NCBI RefSeq assembly: GCF_902652985.1
Contig: NC_047025.1
Coordinates: 22,010,001-22,074,000 of the forward strand
Reading direction: 5' to 3'
Source of the DNA: Pecten maximus
Lineage: Eukaryota
DNA: 64,000 nucleotides
Position 1 is the first letter of the stretch. Each line of letters begins with the position of its first letter. The position numbers and the translations under genes were made by a program. Shown here in pieces: positions 1 through 11,521 of the stretch. The notes below the pieces were generated by a model. The model ran no database searches. It was not told the origin of the DNA and saw only the letters and a list, made by a program, of their open reading frames with translations.

Positions 1-602
1 TTATCAAACATTATTTGCAGTAGATACGAAGACAGAAGTTGAAAAACGACGTCATGTTACCATGGTTTCCGTTCACTGGTATTTAATAGGTAAATATCGA
101 TGTTGATAATCTAAATACGATTTCTAATCGGAAGAGTATTACACTACATGTATTGTATAGTTGTAATGCGCATGAGCAGTGAAACCTTAAATGACATGAA
201 TGCTTGGTGTTACCTGAAATATGACTCCTGTCAGAATCTTTTACCTTTTACTCATATACTTTACATGTTTTTGTGTCGTTTAAAGCTTATTTTCAAAGAT
301 GGCAAATTGAAAATAAATTTTATTCTACTTATATTCCTCAATGTGTAGTAATATTCTTAAGTATAGTGGAACGTCTACAATGATCAAAATAAATAATCAA
401 GTTCAAATCAAGTACATCCTTTTCTGTTATGGATATCAATAACACGTGGGAAGAACACATTTCGGTCGATATCACTTTCCGAAAACACATTTTGTCAGAA
501 AACGAAAGTGAAAGATGTGAACGTAAATTCTAAGAATAAGTTATTCATTATAACATTTAGTGCTGGCATGCCCTACATCTTCAAGCCGATGGTGTTGTGC
601 AA

Positions 603-680
603 CAGGGACATGTCTAGTCATATTAAAAACTAGTCAGAAATACCTTACTATGATTAAGTAGGAGACTAGACATGTCCCTG
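603..680. mobile_element. 78-bp MITE-like element with perfect 17-bp terminal inverted repeats
   Basis: CAGGGACATGTCTAGTC (603-619) and its exact reverse complement GACTAGACATGTCCCTG (664-680); no clear TSD. Confidence 0.5.
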
Positions 681-3600
681 AGGTTTCAGTAATCATGACG
701 CGTTGTACTAATGCATTCTGAATAATTAATTATACATCTTTGAAAATCATTTTCATATATTCATGTTATTTACATTGAAAAAGTCCATTCAAGTTAAATT
801 GACCTTCTGAATTACTGCTGTAAAATATAAAGAAGTAAGTGTCTTGTGTGTCTTTCTTGCAATCCTTTGAAACATTTTTAGAAAGCAGAGCTTATTGACA
901 AATATTATAAGATTAAAGACCGTTTTTATAATAATATCAGTCACCTAAGCAACAGTTTGTTAGTCAAAATGCAATGATATTATATAGAGTTTGTGCACCT
1001 TTCAGAAATGTACTGCTGTAAATATCAATCTGAGTATAGACTTTAGTGTGCAAACCACAATGTTATATGGAAACTGTACAGCATAACCGTGTAACACTAA
1101 GGTTACCCAGCTGTTTATGGTGGTTAATGTATTGAAGTAATCAACAAAATACACGAGAACATGAATTTGGAAAATATACGAACCATATAATACATTTTAG
1201 TACTCGTGAAACAAACAAAGAATTAAGCGTGAAAATATCGTTATATAATCGGAATTAATATTTGATTTAAAAAACTTACTTATGTATTGGTTTCTTCTGT
1301 ACAAAACGCCTTCTATAACAATCATAACAGATCTTCCTCTCTAAGAATCCTAACGAGACTGCCTTCTCTGTATGATTCTTTTTCGCTAGTTTAAGAATAG
1401 CACCGGAATTCCGATTCTATTAATAGATTGTGAAAACCTGTTAGGACGCCACGTGGACGTATGTAATTGGATCAAGCTAGATCTATAAAAAATATTCATA
1501 AATTATATATATCTTGTTTTTATATGGTACATTGAGGCGTACTATCTCCTTAAAAAATGCTTTAATGCATTTTTTTTAATAATTTATCATGCCGTTATAA
1601 TGTTATATCAAAGCAAATGTATGGGTTTGTACTTTTATAGTGTTTAGAACTTGTTTTGGCTCCACGTTGATGTTACCTTCTCATTATTAACTGAAGTATA
1701 GTAGTATTATTATATTAAAGGTAATGTTTGGTTTGTACTTTTTTTGTTGTTGTTGATAGCTGCCTCCCTGATATAACAAAATTAAATATTTAAAAGTGAA
1801 AGTGAAACTACTGTTCCGAGAAAACTTCCATGGTATAGATAATGTGTATTTCCGTTCAAGTATTAATATCTAATCAAAGCGCCGAGGTCGCTGATGGACG
1901 ATGGACATATCATTATTCAGTGATTGTGTTAAATAACATGTAATACTCACTAAACACTCGTAGGGTAGGAGTAATGTTCAGTGGTCAAGTGTGTGTTATC
2001 TCGCCTGTACACATTGTCAATGTTATAGTTATACCTAGACATCTGCCGTCAGTAATAATTACTACCGTCCTAGACTGATTTTGTAACAAGTATACTTATA
2101 CCAGTATGCTGAGGTATTACATGCATTTATACCGAGTTACAACTGTCAGAATGAACAGTTCATTAGAACTATATTCTGTGATAAGGTATCCATACACAGA
2201 AATCGTAGAATTCAGAAGGAACTATGAAATTAGGAAACAGCGGAAGTTATCGACGAGGAACTTTCACCGTCCATTCACCGTCAAAAGCGAAAGTATTTCA
2301 TTTTCAGTTTTCATTTCAATGTTAACTCACGACAGTCTCGAGATGTACTTGTACCATCCTCCGGCATATCAGTACGATACTAGAAAAGCGTAAAGTTTCC
2401 TGTCCCTTTTACGATTAAATTTTTTTTTTTAATTTATTCAAATTTCGATTTAATTGTGTTGATTCCCTCAACATTTCCTTTCAATCGATAACAGTCCTGA
2501 ACGTCTGAATGGAAGAAATTTGGGTCTGGAGCATTATTCGGCAGTTTCCGTCCAATAACTGCAAAAAAAGTCTTCAAACTATGTAACAAGGTTAGATGCC
2601 TTGATGGCTAGCCAAATTCGATTACCATTTTTGCCGGACTCTATTTGACTGAGTTATGGCCCCTTGAGTTACTGTTTCCGTGAAATAACTGGAACAGTTA
2701 TTTACCTTTTTTCTTCAACAAGATTAAATGCCGTTAGGGCTCCGCCAAGTTCGATCGCCGATTATCATCAAACTTAGTAACAAAGTTATCGCCCCTTGAT
2801 TTTTGAAAACATTGTTTTTACCCTTAAATAACTTTCTCAAATATTTTCCGAAAGTCTGCAAACTCATAGGAACAGGATTCACTGTATTAAGGGCTTAGCC
2901 AAATGTGTGATAGAGTTTCGTAAGATATTTTACTTTACCCCGTAATACATGTTCAATAAAACATCAAACTTTTGTAGAAGGCTTTACTTTTATCTTCGTG
3001 TTACAAGTGATACATTTTGGTTCAACAGAATTTATCATTTTGTCGAGTTATAATGACATGTTTACCCCTTACCTCAAATGTTTTTCCCTTCAATATGTCA
3101 GGAAAGCGGTATACAAATTCCTCGTGTTTTTTTTATTTATTTATTTATTTAAATATCATTACTATTCTTAGCTAAGTCTTATGACGTAAAATGACTTAAA
3201 AAACAAAAATGATTGTCTGAAGTCATTCGAGATACATTGATTTATTCTAAATTTACAGTGGCCTAAAGAGTTATAAGAAAATTTAAAAATATTATCTGAC
3301 ATGAACAATACTCGCATGACGTCAACAAAGAACGCAAGCGAGATTATGAACTGATATCCGTGATGCGACGTCCATCTTTTATTCTTTCGGTGTCAACTAA
3401 CCTAAATACATGGTAGTGATATTGGTGCTGTAGAATACGTGGGTGAAGGGCGTCCAAATTTGTTCAAATAAATTACGCTGACCTTTCAAGGCCAAAAGTC
3501 AAATGCCGTAGAGGTTTTAGGTCACTCCTCACTCTTAGGCTGGAGTGGTGGAACCAAATAGGGGATATAGATGGAATCGTGCGCTTCCATCCGAGCCAAA

Positions 3601-3949
3601 AAGAGTGATTAATATATGTTGATATCACTTGTTTTGCAATTGTTATAAGGTATAAATTAGAAGTATATCCTATAAATAGCTTCAAGTCTAAGCGTCCAAA
3701 TGGTTTTTCATTAAAATTGGTTCGAAGCATTATTGGGTGAAGACAGCAGAGAATACTGACGCCAAAACGAAGCCGTAGTTCATACTCAAAATCCTCAAAA
3801 CAAGGGCATTAAACGAACAAAATAAAGGTTTGTGAGAAGACACAATTGTTTTGCCATAATCACTGAAATATCCTAGAACACGATGCAGGCCCTGTCAGTC
3901 TGGCCATATTGTTAAACACCTTCCCATTAACCTAGAGGACCAGGGTCAT

Positions 3950-4980
3950 GACGCTGGACCAGTAACATGCTCGGATGAAGGGCTACAAGTTTTGTCAAAA
4001 TGAAGACCATTGATCTTTTTTCAAGGTCACAGAGGTCAATTGTTTAAGCATATTCCGTCGATCAATCACGTTAACCTAAAGGCCCATTGTTTGTGATATA
4101 ACCTAAAGGCCCATTGTTTGTGATATAACCTAAAGGCCCATTGTTTGTGATATAACCTTAAGACCCATTGTTTGTGATATAACCTTAAGACCCCAGTGTT
4201 TGTGATATAACATAAAGGCCCATTGTTTGTGATATAACCTAAAGGCCCATTGTTTGTGATATAACCTAAAGACCCAGTGTTTGTGATATAACCTAAAGGC
4301 CCATTGTTTGTGATATAACCTAAAGGCCCAGTGTTTGTGATATAACCTAAAGGCCCATTGTTTGTGATATAACCTAAAGGCCCAGTGTTTGTGATATAAC
4401 CTAAAGACCCAGTGTTTGTGATATAACCTAAAGGCCCAGTGTTTGTGATATAACCTAAAGACCCATTGTTTGTGATATAACCTAAAGGCCCAGTGTTTGT
4501 GATATAACCTAAAGACCCAGTGTTTGTGATATAACCTTAAGGCCCAGTGTTTGTGATATAACCTAAAGGCCCATTGTTTGTGATATAACCTAAAGACCAA
4601 GTGTTTGTGATATAACCTAAAGGCCTAGTGTGTGTGGTATAACCTAAAGGCTCATTGTTTGTGATATAACCTAAAGACCCATTGTTTGTGATATAACCTA
4701 AAGGTCCATTGTTTGTGATATAACTTAAAGGCCTAGTGTTTGTGATATTCGACCTGTACCATAATGGGATGATTCAACGAGAAAGTTATGACCATCATAT
4801 TATGTGAGTAGTGTAGGAAGCACGGATGAAGAGCAAACATTTGTTTAGATTAATAGATTTGACCTACTCTTATATTTTGGAATAAAGGGGTAACCAGCTA
4901 AGTTTCATGAATGACAGAAATCAATTTTAAAGTTGCATTAGTAGAAAGTGAGCGATACGTGCCAAGCAGGTCTCTTGTTA
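3950..4980 (+). mobile_element. Degenerate non-autonomous (HINE/MITE-like) element that contains the 27-bp array
   Basis: TTGATCTTTTTCAAGGTCACAGAGGTCA motif upstream of the array and a GTGAGCGATAC..G/C-rich..CTCTTGTT end near 4949-4979; resembles common molluscan non-autonomous elements as I recall them (not searched). Confidence 0.3.
4072..4748. repeat. 27-bp minisatellite, ~25 copies
   Basis: Unit TAACCTAAAGGCCCATTGTTTGTGATA; explains the 9-aa-periodic ORF 4130-4600. Confidence 0.97.
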
Positions 4981-5829
4981 TACTTCGTCACGACAATCTC
5001 TTGTGTGAAGTGTAGATGCGCTTTCGGGATGTAATTCACCTAACACCAATGAATTTACTTCCATTCAGAAATAAAGATGAATATGATAAATTTGAAGACT
5101 TACTAGTTTCTTTTTAAATGTTTCTATCGGTGTCTGCCTTTTGTGATCGTTCCAGCTGTTATGCCCTCTGTGATAATTCTGGCGATGAATATCGCATGCA
5201 CATTTTCTAGCGGTGATGGTTGCCTTCGGTTACCCTATCAGTGACTGGCTTTCTGTGAATAACTCTAATGGAAATCCACATACATTCTAGTGAGGATTTT
5301 CATACTATTAATATACTGAGTATTATTGCTCGAACATGCACCGTGACCTTTGGAGAACAAAGGTATAGGATATACAAAATACATTTCAGTCTTACACCAC
5401 TACATCTGCTTAATGAATAAGTAATGCTAATGTTTACTATACATGTTATCTATGGCCGAGGTGTTTATTAAAGAGTGAATATGTTTATTAAATGTAATCA
5501 TTCATAATTGTGTGTTTTATGCACAAGTTATGAAAAAAGTTCATTGTCTTCCTTTTCTTTTATGAACCCATTTAGCGACATTTGGCGTAACATAGAAAAG
5601 TTTTAACGTGTACACATGAGAGATATTGCATGTGAGCGGAGACGTACTATGCACACGGACTTGGACTATACAAAAACTGGGTTCGTATAGAAAGAAAAGT
5701 ACATGTGCGCGTCCTGTATAACAGCTTACGACACCTTATCGTATACGATTACGTTAGCACAGCGAATGTTTATTAGAACCGTGTCCATTAAGAGATCATT
5801 TTGTTACGTGATCTATGGATAGGGTGATC

Positions 5830-5865
5830 GGGTGGCACGGTGGTAATATACTTGCCTTTCACCAA
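5830..5865 (+). mobile_element. Truncated tRNA-derived SINE head
   Basis: GGGTGGCACGGTGGTAATATACTTGCCTTTCACCAA: A-box-like TGGCACGGTGG and a tRNA D-arm/anticodon-like pattern; no B box follows. Confidence 0.35.
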
Positions 5866-6544
5866 CGTACCAACAGGAGTGAACGTTTGAAAATTGTTGT
5901 AGTATGTACAGCCATTATGTAAGTTTGATCATACATATAGAGCGAGATGGAATACCGGCACTCTAAAGTCCAACACAGTCGAACACGCGTTATTTTTTAA
6001 TGTAATATATTTTAGGGACAGATAATAACGGACCTGCTGATGTTTATACAGGCCATGGAAGTCTGTATCAAGGCTCGTCTAAAAACAAGATACAATCACC
6101 AGATCCATCCTCATTTAACAAACGAACAATTCTGGTCAAAGAGGCTCAGACGATAAAGGAAAACATCCCAGAACAGAATATTACGATACAGTGTACATGA
6201 GCAACCTACAAGTTAACATGGAGACTGAAATGTCTGCAAAACAGAACGACAGAAAGTACATGAACTGTTCAATAATATTGCATTAGCTGTATACAATAAG
6301 TCAGAATATCCCGTAAGTTCCGATATATAGGAATTAGTGACATGTTGAGATTTACTATAGATTACAGGAGCACCAAACTACCGTCGATCTGTCACCAACA
6401 CAGGGACCTGGCACGGATCCTCAAACCACGGCCCATACACATGCGTTAAAGTATTCAGTTCTTTTTTATACTGAATTCATTATTTTGGAAACATTTTCCT
6501 ATATAACCAACTATTTCAGTTTTTCAAGAATCAGACTCTGCCAC

Positions 6545-6958
6545 TATATACTGACAACGGGCAAACCAGTCGTCCCACTCCAAATATGCTGAGCGCTTAG
6601 CAGGAGTAGCAACTACCATTTTTAATGACTCTGGTATGTCTCGGCTAGGGGATAGAACCGAAATCATTGCTAACAGGGGCAAACGCTCAACTAAAGGCCA
6701 CAAGTGAAGTATTGTCAAGGGAGACACTACAGGTGGGGTGCCCAGTTGGGTGTCTTCGGCAATATGCTTCAGTGAGGAAGCACTATAAATCGGCAAAAGG
6801 TCCGGCCTATCACAAGGAGACTTAAACAAACATACCCAGCCTCCCAAAACACACATACGCACTCACCACACGCATAACATATCGCACGCACGAGAGGCCG
6901 TCCTTAAATGACCTTAGCTGTTGATAGAACATTTAACAAATAAAACCCAAACCCAAAC
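6545..6958. mobile_element. tRNA-derived SINE with an inverted 5' half, flanked by a target-site duplication
   Basis: Minus strand of ~6545-6728 has A-box-like GTGGCCTTTAGTTGAGCG, B-box-like GGTTCTATCCC and central CATACCAGAGTCATTAAAAATGGTAGTTGCT..GCGCTCAGCA. Plus strand 6730-6958 ends in a SINE-like tail (TAAATGACCTTAGCTGTTGATAG..AAATAAAACCCAAACCCAAA). GACTCTGCCAC is duplicated at 6534-6544 and 6962-6972. Confidence 0.75.
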
Positions 6959-8672
6959 TCTGACTCTGCCACCTAGACTGGCTCCCTGTCTCTAGAATAT
7001 TAAAATTATAAATAAAATCGACCTTTATGATTTTGGTCACTAGGATATGTCTGAAAAATTTCAAACTAAGGGCAGATAATCTAGTATTAAAATTTAGTGG
7101 AGCAGTTCTAACAAAAAACATAGGGGCTGGTGGCCAGTCCCTCTGCCACCTATCCATGGGTTTTTATTATATTATCAATGTAGGAAGAATTAATCAATGT
7201 GTTGTGTTATTATGTTTTCACATCCTGAAACTTTTAATCTTAACTTTTAGTCATACTGAGTCGGAAGTTAATTTTGTACAACGATATAGATAAAATAATA
7301 CTTAGAATGATAAGTTCTTAATTTGTGAAACAATACGTTTTATTTCAAATGAGCAGATGCAATATGCGCGATTTAAATGAACATGCATAGTACGCGTCCG
7401 TTAACAAAACAAGTACGTTGTACGTCCACACTCAGAACTGGAATTGTCTATTTGCTGAATCCACCAGCTATAAAGCGTTAAAATATATTGGCCTGATCTA
7501 CCGAGAACCTTCCAGCGGCCTAGTATTAAGTTAATTAAAAAGTACAATGACCATGACAATACTAGTGAAAAAAAAAAGCATAATGGACATCGTTCTTGAA
7601 TCAGCAAAGTGAACTACATTCGCTATTTGTTTTTGGAGAAAACGGAAGTGAAACAATGACAGGGTCTGTTATTGGGAAAATTAAATTCGATGGTAATGTA
7701 ACGTTTAGTCATTTGTAATCAGGGGCACTTTTTATCATTTTTACATAAGTCGAAGATAAGCGTAGTGATATACCTATTAAAATATGAAATTATCATAATA
7801 TTAAAATTGTATCAAGGGCAGACAGCTGTATATGAGTTTTTTGTATTAATGCAAAAACATAATTCTCGCTATAAAGTTTAGGGTAGGAAACTACTTTTGC
7901 CTAAGATTGACTCAACAAATGCTATTTATACTCTATTATCAGGCCTGTACTGAGTGAATCAATCAAAAGATCGTTCTAATCAATTTTGGAATATTAAACA
8001 GGAATACAGGAATATTGTTTGAAAATATCTTTCAAGCGGGAACGAGCGAGATGTTCTTTTTACAAAAAGCGGAAGTTGCATTTGATTGATTGAAGACTAT
8101 GTCGCTCTACAGTATAGCATATATCAACATCAGATATGTGTTACGTACTTGAAACGTCATTTGACATAAATTGAGTAAATTGATATCATCTTAAATTTCA
8201 ACGAGATTTCAACGAAATTTTATTTTTACTCACCAATACTTCGTGTGGAACAAGAGCTCAATGCAAACCGCAAGACAGACTCGTGATGTTTGGATTGCAT
8301 CAGGGATATGATTTCAGGAAAATCTTCAAATTACATTGGAATTGAACTTCTGAAGACCCTTTCTTCGTCGTCCCCATAGGCGACTCTTTAGATGAGTATG
8401 CGGCCTATTGAAAGATTAACGCTATGACAAAAATGGCCGCTAAGTAATAATTTGCGTCGAAAACAATGTACAGAATCTGTATTTAGCGCAACCATGATTA
8501 AGTGGAATACTTTCAGATCGATAAACCACTAACATAAGATTACCACTAACACATGAACGTTTTAAATGTATATACATTATATCGACGTTATATTAAATGT
8601 ATACCTTATAAAGACGTTTTATCATATGACTACCGTTATATACGGTGTCATAAACCCATCACATAAATTTTC

Positions 8673-8750
8673 TTTATGACTCGTTTAGAATTTTTTATTT
8701 TTGCTCGCCAGAGGCTCGCAAAAATAAAAAATTCAAAACTCGTATCATAA
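8673..8750. repeat. Imperfect inverted repeat (hairpin) in an insertion that interrupts the 29-bp minisatellite
   Basis: TTTATGA..TTTAGAATTTTTTATTTTTGC / GCAAAAATAAAAATTCAAAA..TCATAAA around a 13-nt loop. Confidence 0.6.
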
Positions 8751-8786
8751 ATCTAATATGAAGGGAAACTCATGACAGATCCTCTA

Positions 8787-9596
8787 TATATTAAATGTAC
8801 ACCTTATATCGACGTTATATTAAGTGTTTACCTTATATCGACGTTATATTAAATGCACACCTTATATCGACGTTATATTAAATGTATACCTTACACCAAC
8901 GTTATATTAAATGTATACCTTATATCGACGTTATATTAAATGTTTACCTGATATCGACGTTATATTAAATGTACACCTTATATCGACGTTATATTAAATG
9001 TTTACCTGATATCGACGTTATATTAAATGTTTACCTGATATCGACGTTATATTAAATGTTTACCTGATATCGACGTTATATTAAATGTACACCTTATATC
9101 GACGTTATATTAAATGTTTACCTGATATCGACGTTATATTAAATGTACACCTTATATCGACGTTATATTAAATGTATACCTTATATCGCCGTTATATTAA
9201 ATGTACACCTTATATCGACGTAATATTAAATGTTTACCTTATATCGACGTTATATTAAATGTACACCTTATATCGACGTTATATTAAATGTACACCGTAC
9301 ACCAACGTTATATTAAATGTACACCTTATATCGACGTTATATTAAATGTATACCTTATATCGACGTTATATTAAATGTACACCTTATATCGACGTAATAT
9401 TAAATGTATACCTTATATCGACGTTATATTAAATGTACACCTTATATCGACGTTATATTAAATGTACACCTTACACCAACGTTATATTAAATGTACACCT
9501 TATATCGACGTTATATTAAATGTACACCTTATATCGACGTTATATTAAATGTATACCTTACACCAACGTTATATCAAATGTATACCTTATATCAAC
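8787..9596. repeat. 29-bp minisatellite, ~28 copies (plus ~2 detached units at ~8557-8620)
   Basis: Unit GACGTTATATTAAATGTACACCTTATATC. Confidence 0.97.
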
Positions 9597-9717
9597 TTTA
9601 AATGCACACATCTTTTATTGAAGCTATGGTTTTTACATTGTGTTTATTATTTTGAATGAGACATCTACATTTATGATCTTCAGTCTATATTGAAAACTGT
9701 TTTCTTGTATTAAACAG

Positions 9718-9830
9718 GCATTGGGTAAGCCTGCTGACGTAATGTATTGTGAGAACCTGCTGCAAGAGACTGGGGTATGTGTTGTTCCAGGTTCTGGATT
9801 TGGACAAAAACCTGGCACATACCATTTCAG
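9718..9830 (+). CDS. GPT: Alanine aminotransferase (glutamate-pyruvate transaminase), penultimate coding exon
   Basis: ttaaacag|[37 protein letters not shown](R)|gtaagt; [20 protein letters not shown] is the conserved ALT C-terminal motif. Confidence 0.95.
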
Positions 9831-10085
9831 GTAAGTTGAAAACATTCCGATTGTTTAATTCTATATATAAACCTTGGATTTCTACCACGCTGTCACGAAG
9901 GTGATTTCCTAGTAATATACGATACGGCTAATTGATAATTAACATTATTTTAGCAGTAGTACTGTAGTACTATTCACCGTGCGTGTTTATTCGAAATCAA
10001 GCAGGGTGTGAATACGAGAAGCACACTGTCATTTAGTTACCTCTTCTCATATAATGTTTACCACGAGTTGTTTTTTAATTCACAG

Positions 10086-10176
10086 GACCACCATTCTTCC
10101 TACTGTTGAACAACTGGCAGATATGCTTGAACGATTCAAAGTATTCCACGAAGGATTTCTGCAAAAGTATAAGTAG
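10086..10176 (+). CDS. GPT: Alanine aminotransferase, last coding exon
   Basis: ttcacag|(R)TTILPTVEQLADMLERFKVFHEGFLQKYK*; the phase-2 junction completes FR-TTILP; stop TAG at 10174-10176. Confidence 0.95.
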
Positions 10177-10371
10177 GGTATTTCAAAAGGAAATCGAGTG
10201 GAGTATTCTACTAGAAAGACCCTAAATATTACACCTAGATCTGCTCACAGTTACCAAAGCATATAACATCCTGTTAAATTTTAAGATATACAATACATGC
10301 CTGTTTGTATCATTTAGATATTGATTAGTTATCCCGTAAATATGAGTGTGTTTATCTTATGTAAATCCTGT

Positions 10372-10377
10372 AATAAA
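10372..10377 (+). terminator. Candidate polyadenylation signal of GPT
   Basis: AATAAA ~195 nt after the stop, followed by T/GT-rich sequence. Confidence 0.5.
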
Positions 10378-11521
10378 TATGCTTTTGTTTATTTTATGCC
10401 CAGCTATTTAAGTGGAGAGGTATTAAGTGGTTGACATTTGATTTTGATTCCTAAACGCATTATTTCAATCCGTTTGCCTTTCCTCCCTGGGTCCATTTTT
10501 ATGAGACTACAGGTCTCGGTTTTGCGTTAGTGTGATCTATATTTGACGTTCCATTGATCTTGTTTTTTTTTCACGACCTATATTTGACGCTTCGCTTATC
10601 TTGATTTTGTCTGTGAGATTAATTCACTCATGTTCTATTAAAGCGCAGTATAAACATGTATCTGCTCTACAAACATTTTGACTCAATCATATTTTTTTTA
10701 AAGAATTGTCTTACTCAAATAAGCATTTCATACCAAGAAATTTAAGTATGATTTTATTTTCTGCTTTTTAAATGACTTGGGTCTTCCTCACTGCATGTAA
10801 TTCCAGAACGTTTTAATATCAGGACATTAACTTCAATGACCCAATAGTCTGTGATAATTTTGAACGACACATTTTGGAGATATACCATTTCCACCTAATC
10901 GGCCGTAAATAGTAAACCAGTATTCGTTCAGCGTTCATTTGTATGTTTACTCATGTCCTGGTGCTTCCCTTGGTCCCAAGTTGTGTCCATAATTTTGAGT
11001 ATTATCGAGAAAACAAAATAGCCAACAATTTTTCATATTGGATTTTGACAGTTGAAGTTGTTTGTTATTGATACTGTAAGATGGGATTAAAGAAATATAT
11101 GTCTTACACGAAACCTCTAAAGATCATTCAATGATGGGTACCAAGATCCCTCTGGGATCTACTTTCTGGTATACATTTAAGTTTTTGAAGTTTTAAGATA
11201 AAAAAAAAAAAAAGAGATTATATTCCAGGCAATGGGTTCACGCAATTTTCTAAATTGCTTTTAGTTTTGTTACAGGTTTTTAATGAGTTTTTTGTAGATG
11301 TATAGTACATTGTCTACTAGTCGACACCAATATGATGTTAACGCTTCCGTGATGTTCGAAACACAAGAAGGTTCCAAGACAATCATGATTGTTATGGCTT
11401 TAAAAACAGTATAAACATATATTTGTTGACAAGTGTCTTTCTTCACTCATGACTAAAAATTCGGTTATATTTATGTTATAACCAAACCCTGCTGACAGCG
11501 TTTTGTACAGATACTGTACAT

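Noticed and set aside
6016-6200. Possible exon after a ttttag acceptor (TDNNGPADVYTGHGSLYQGSSK...)
   Set aside because: No recognisable homology (not ALT), it ends in a stop, and I found no partner exons.
5830-6728. tRNA genes suggested by A/B-box-like motifs
   Set aside because: No full cloverleaf; the motifs are truncated or joined to SINE body sequence.
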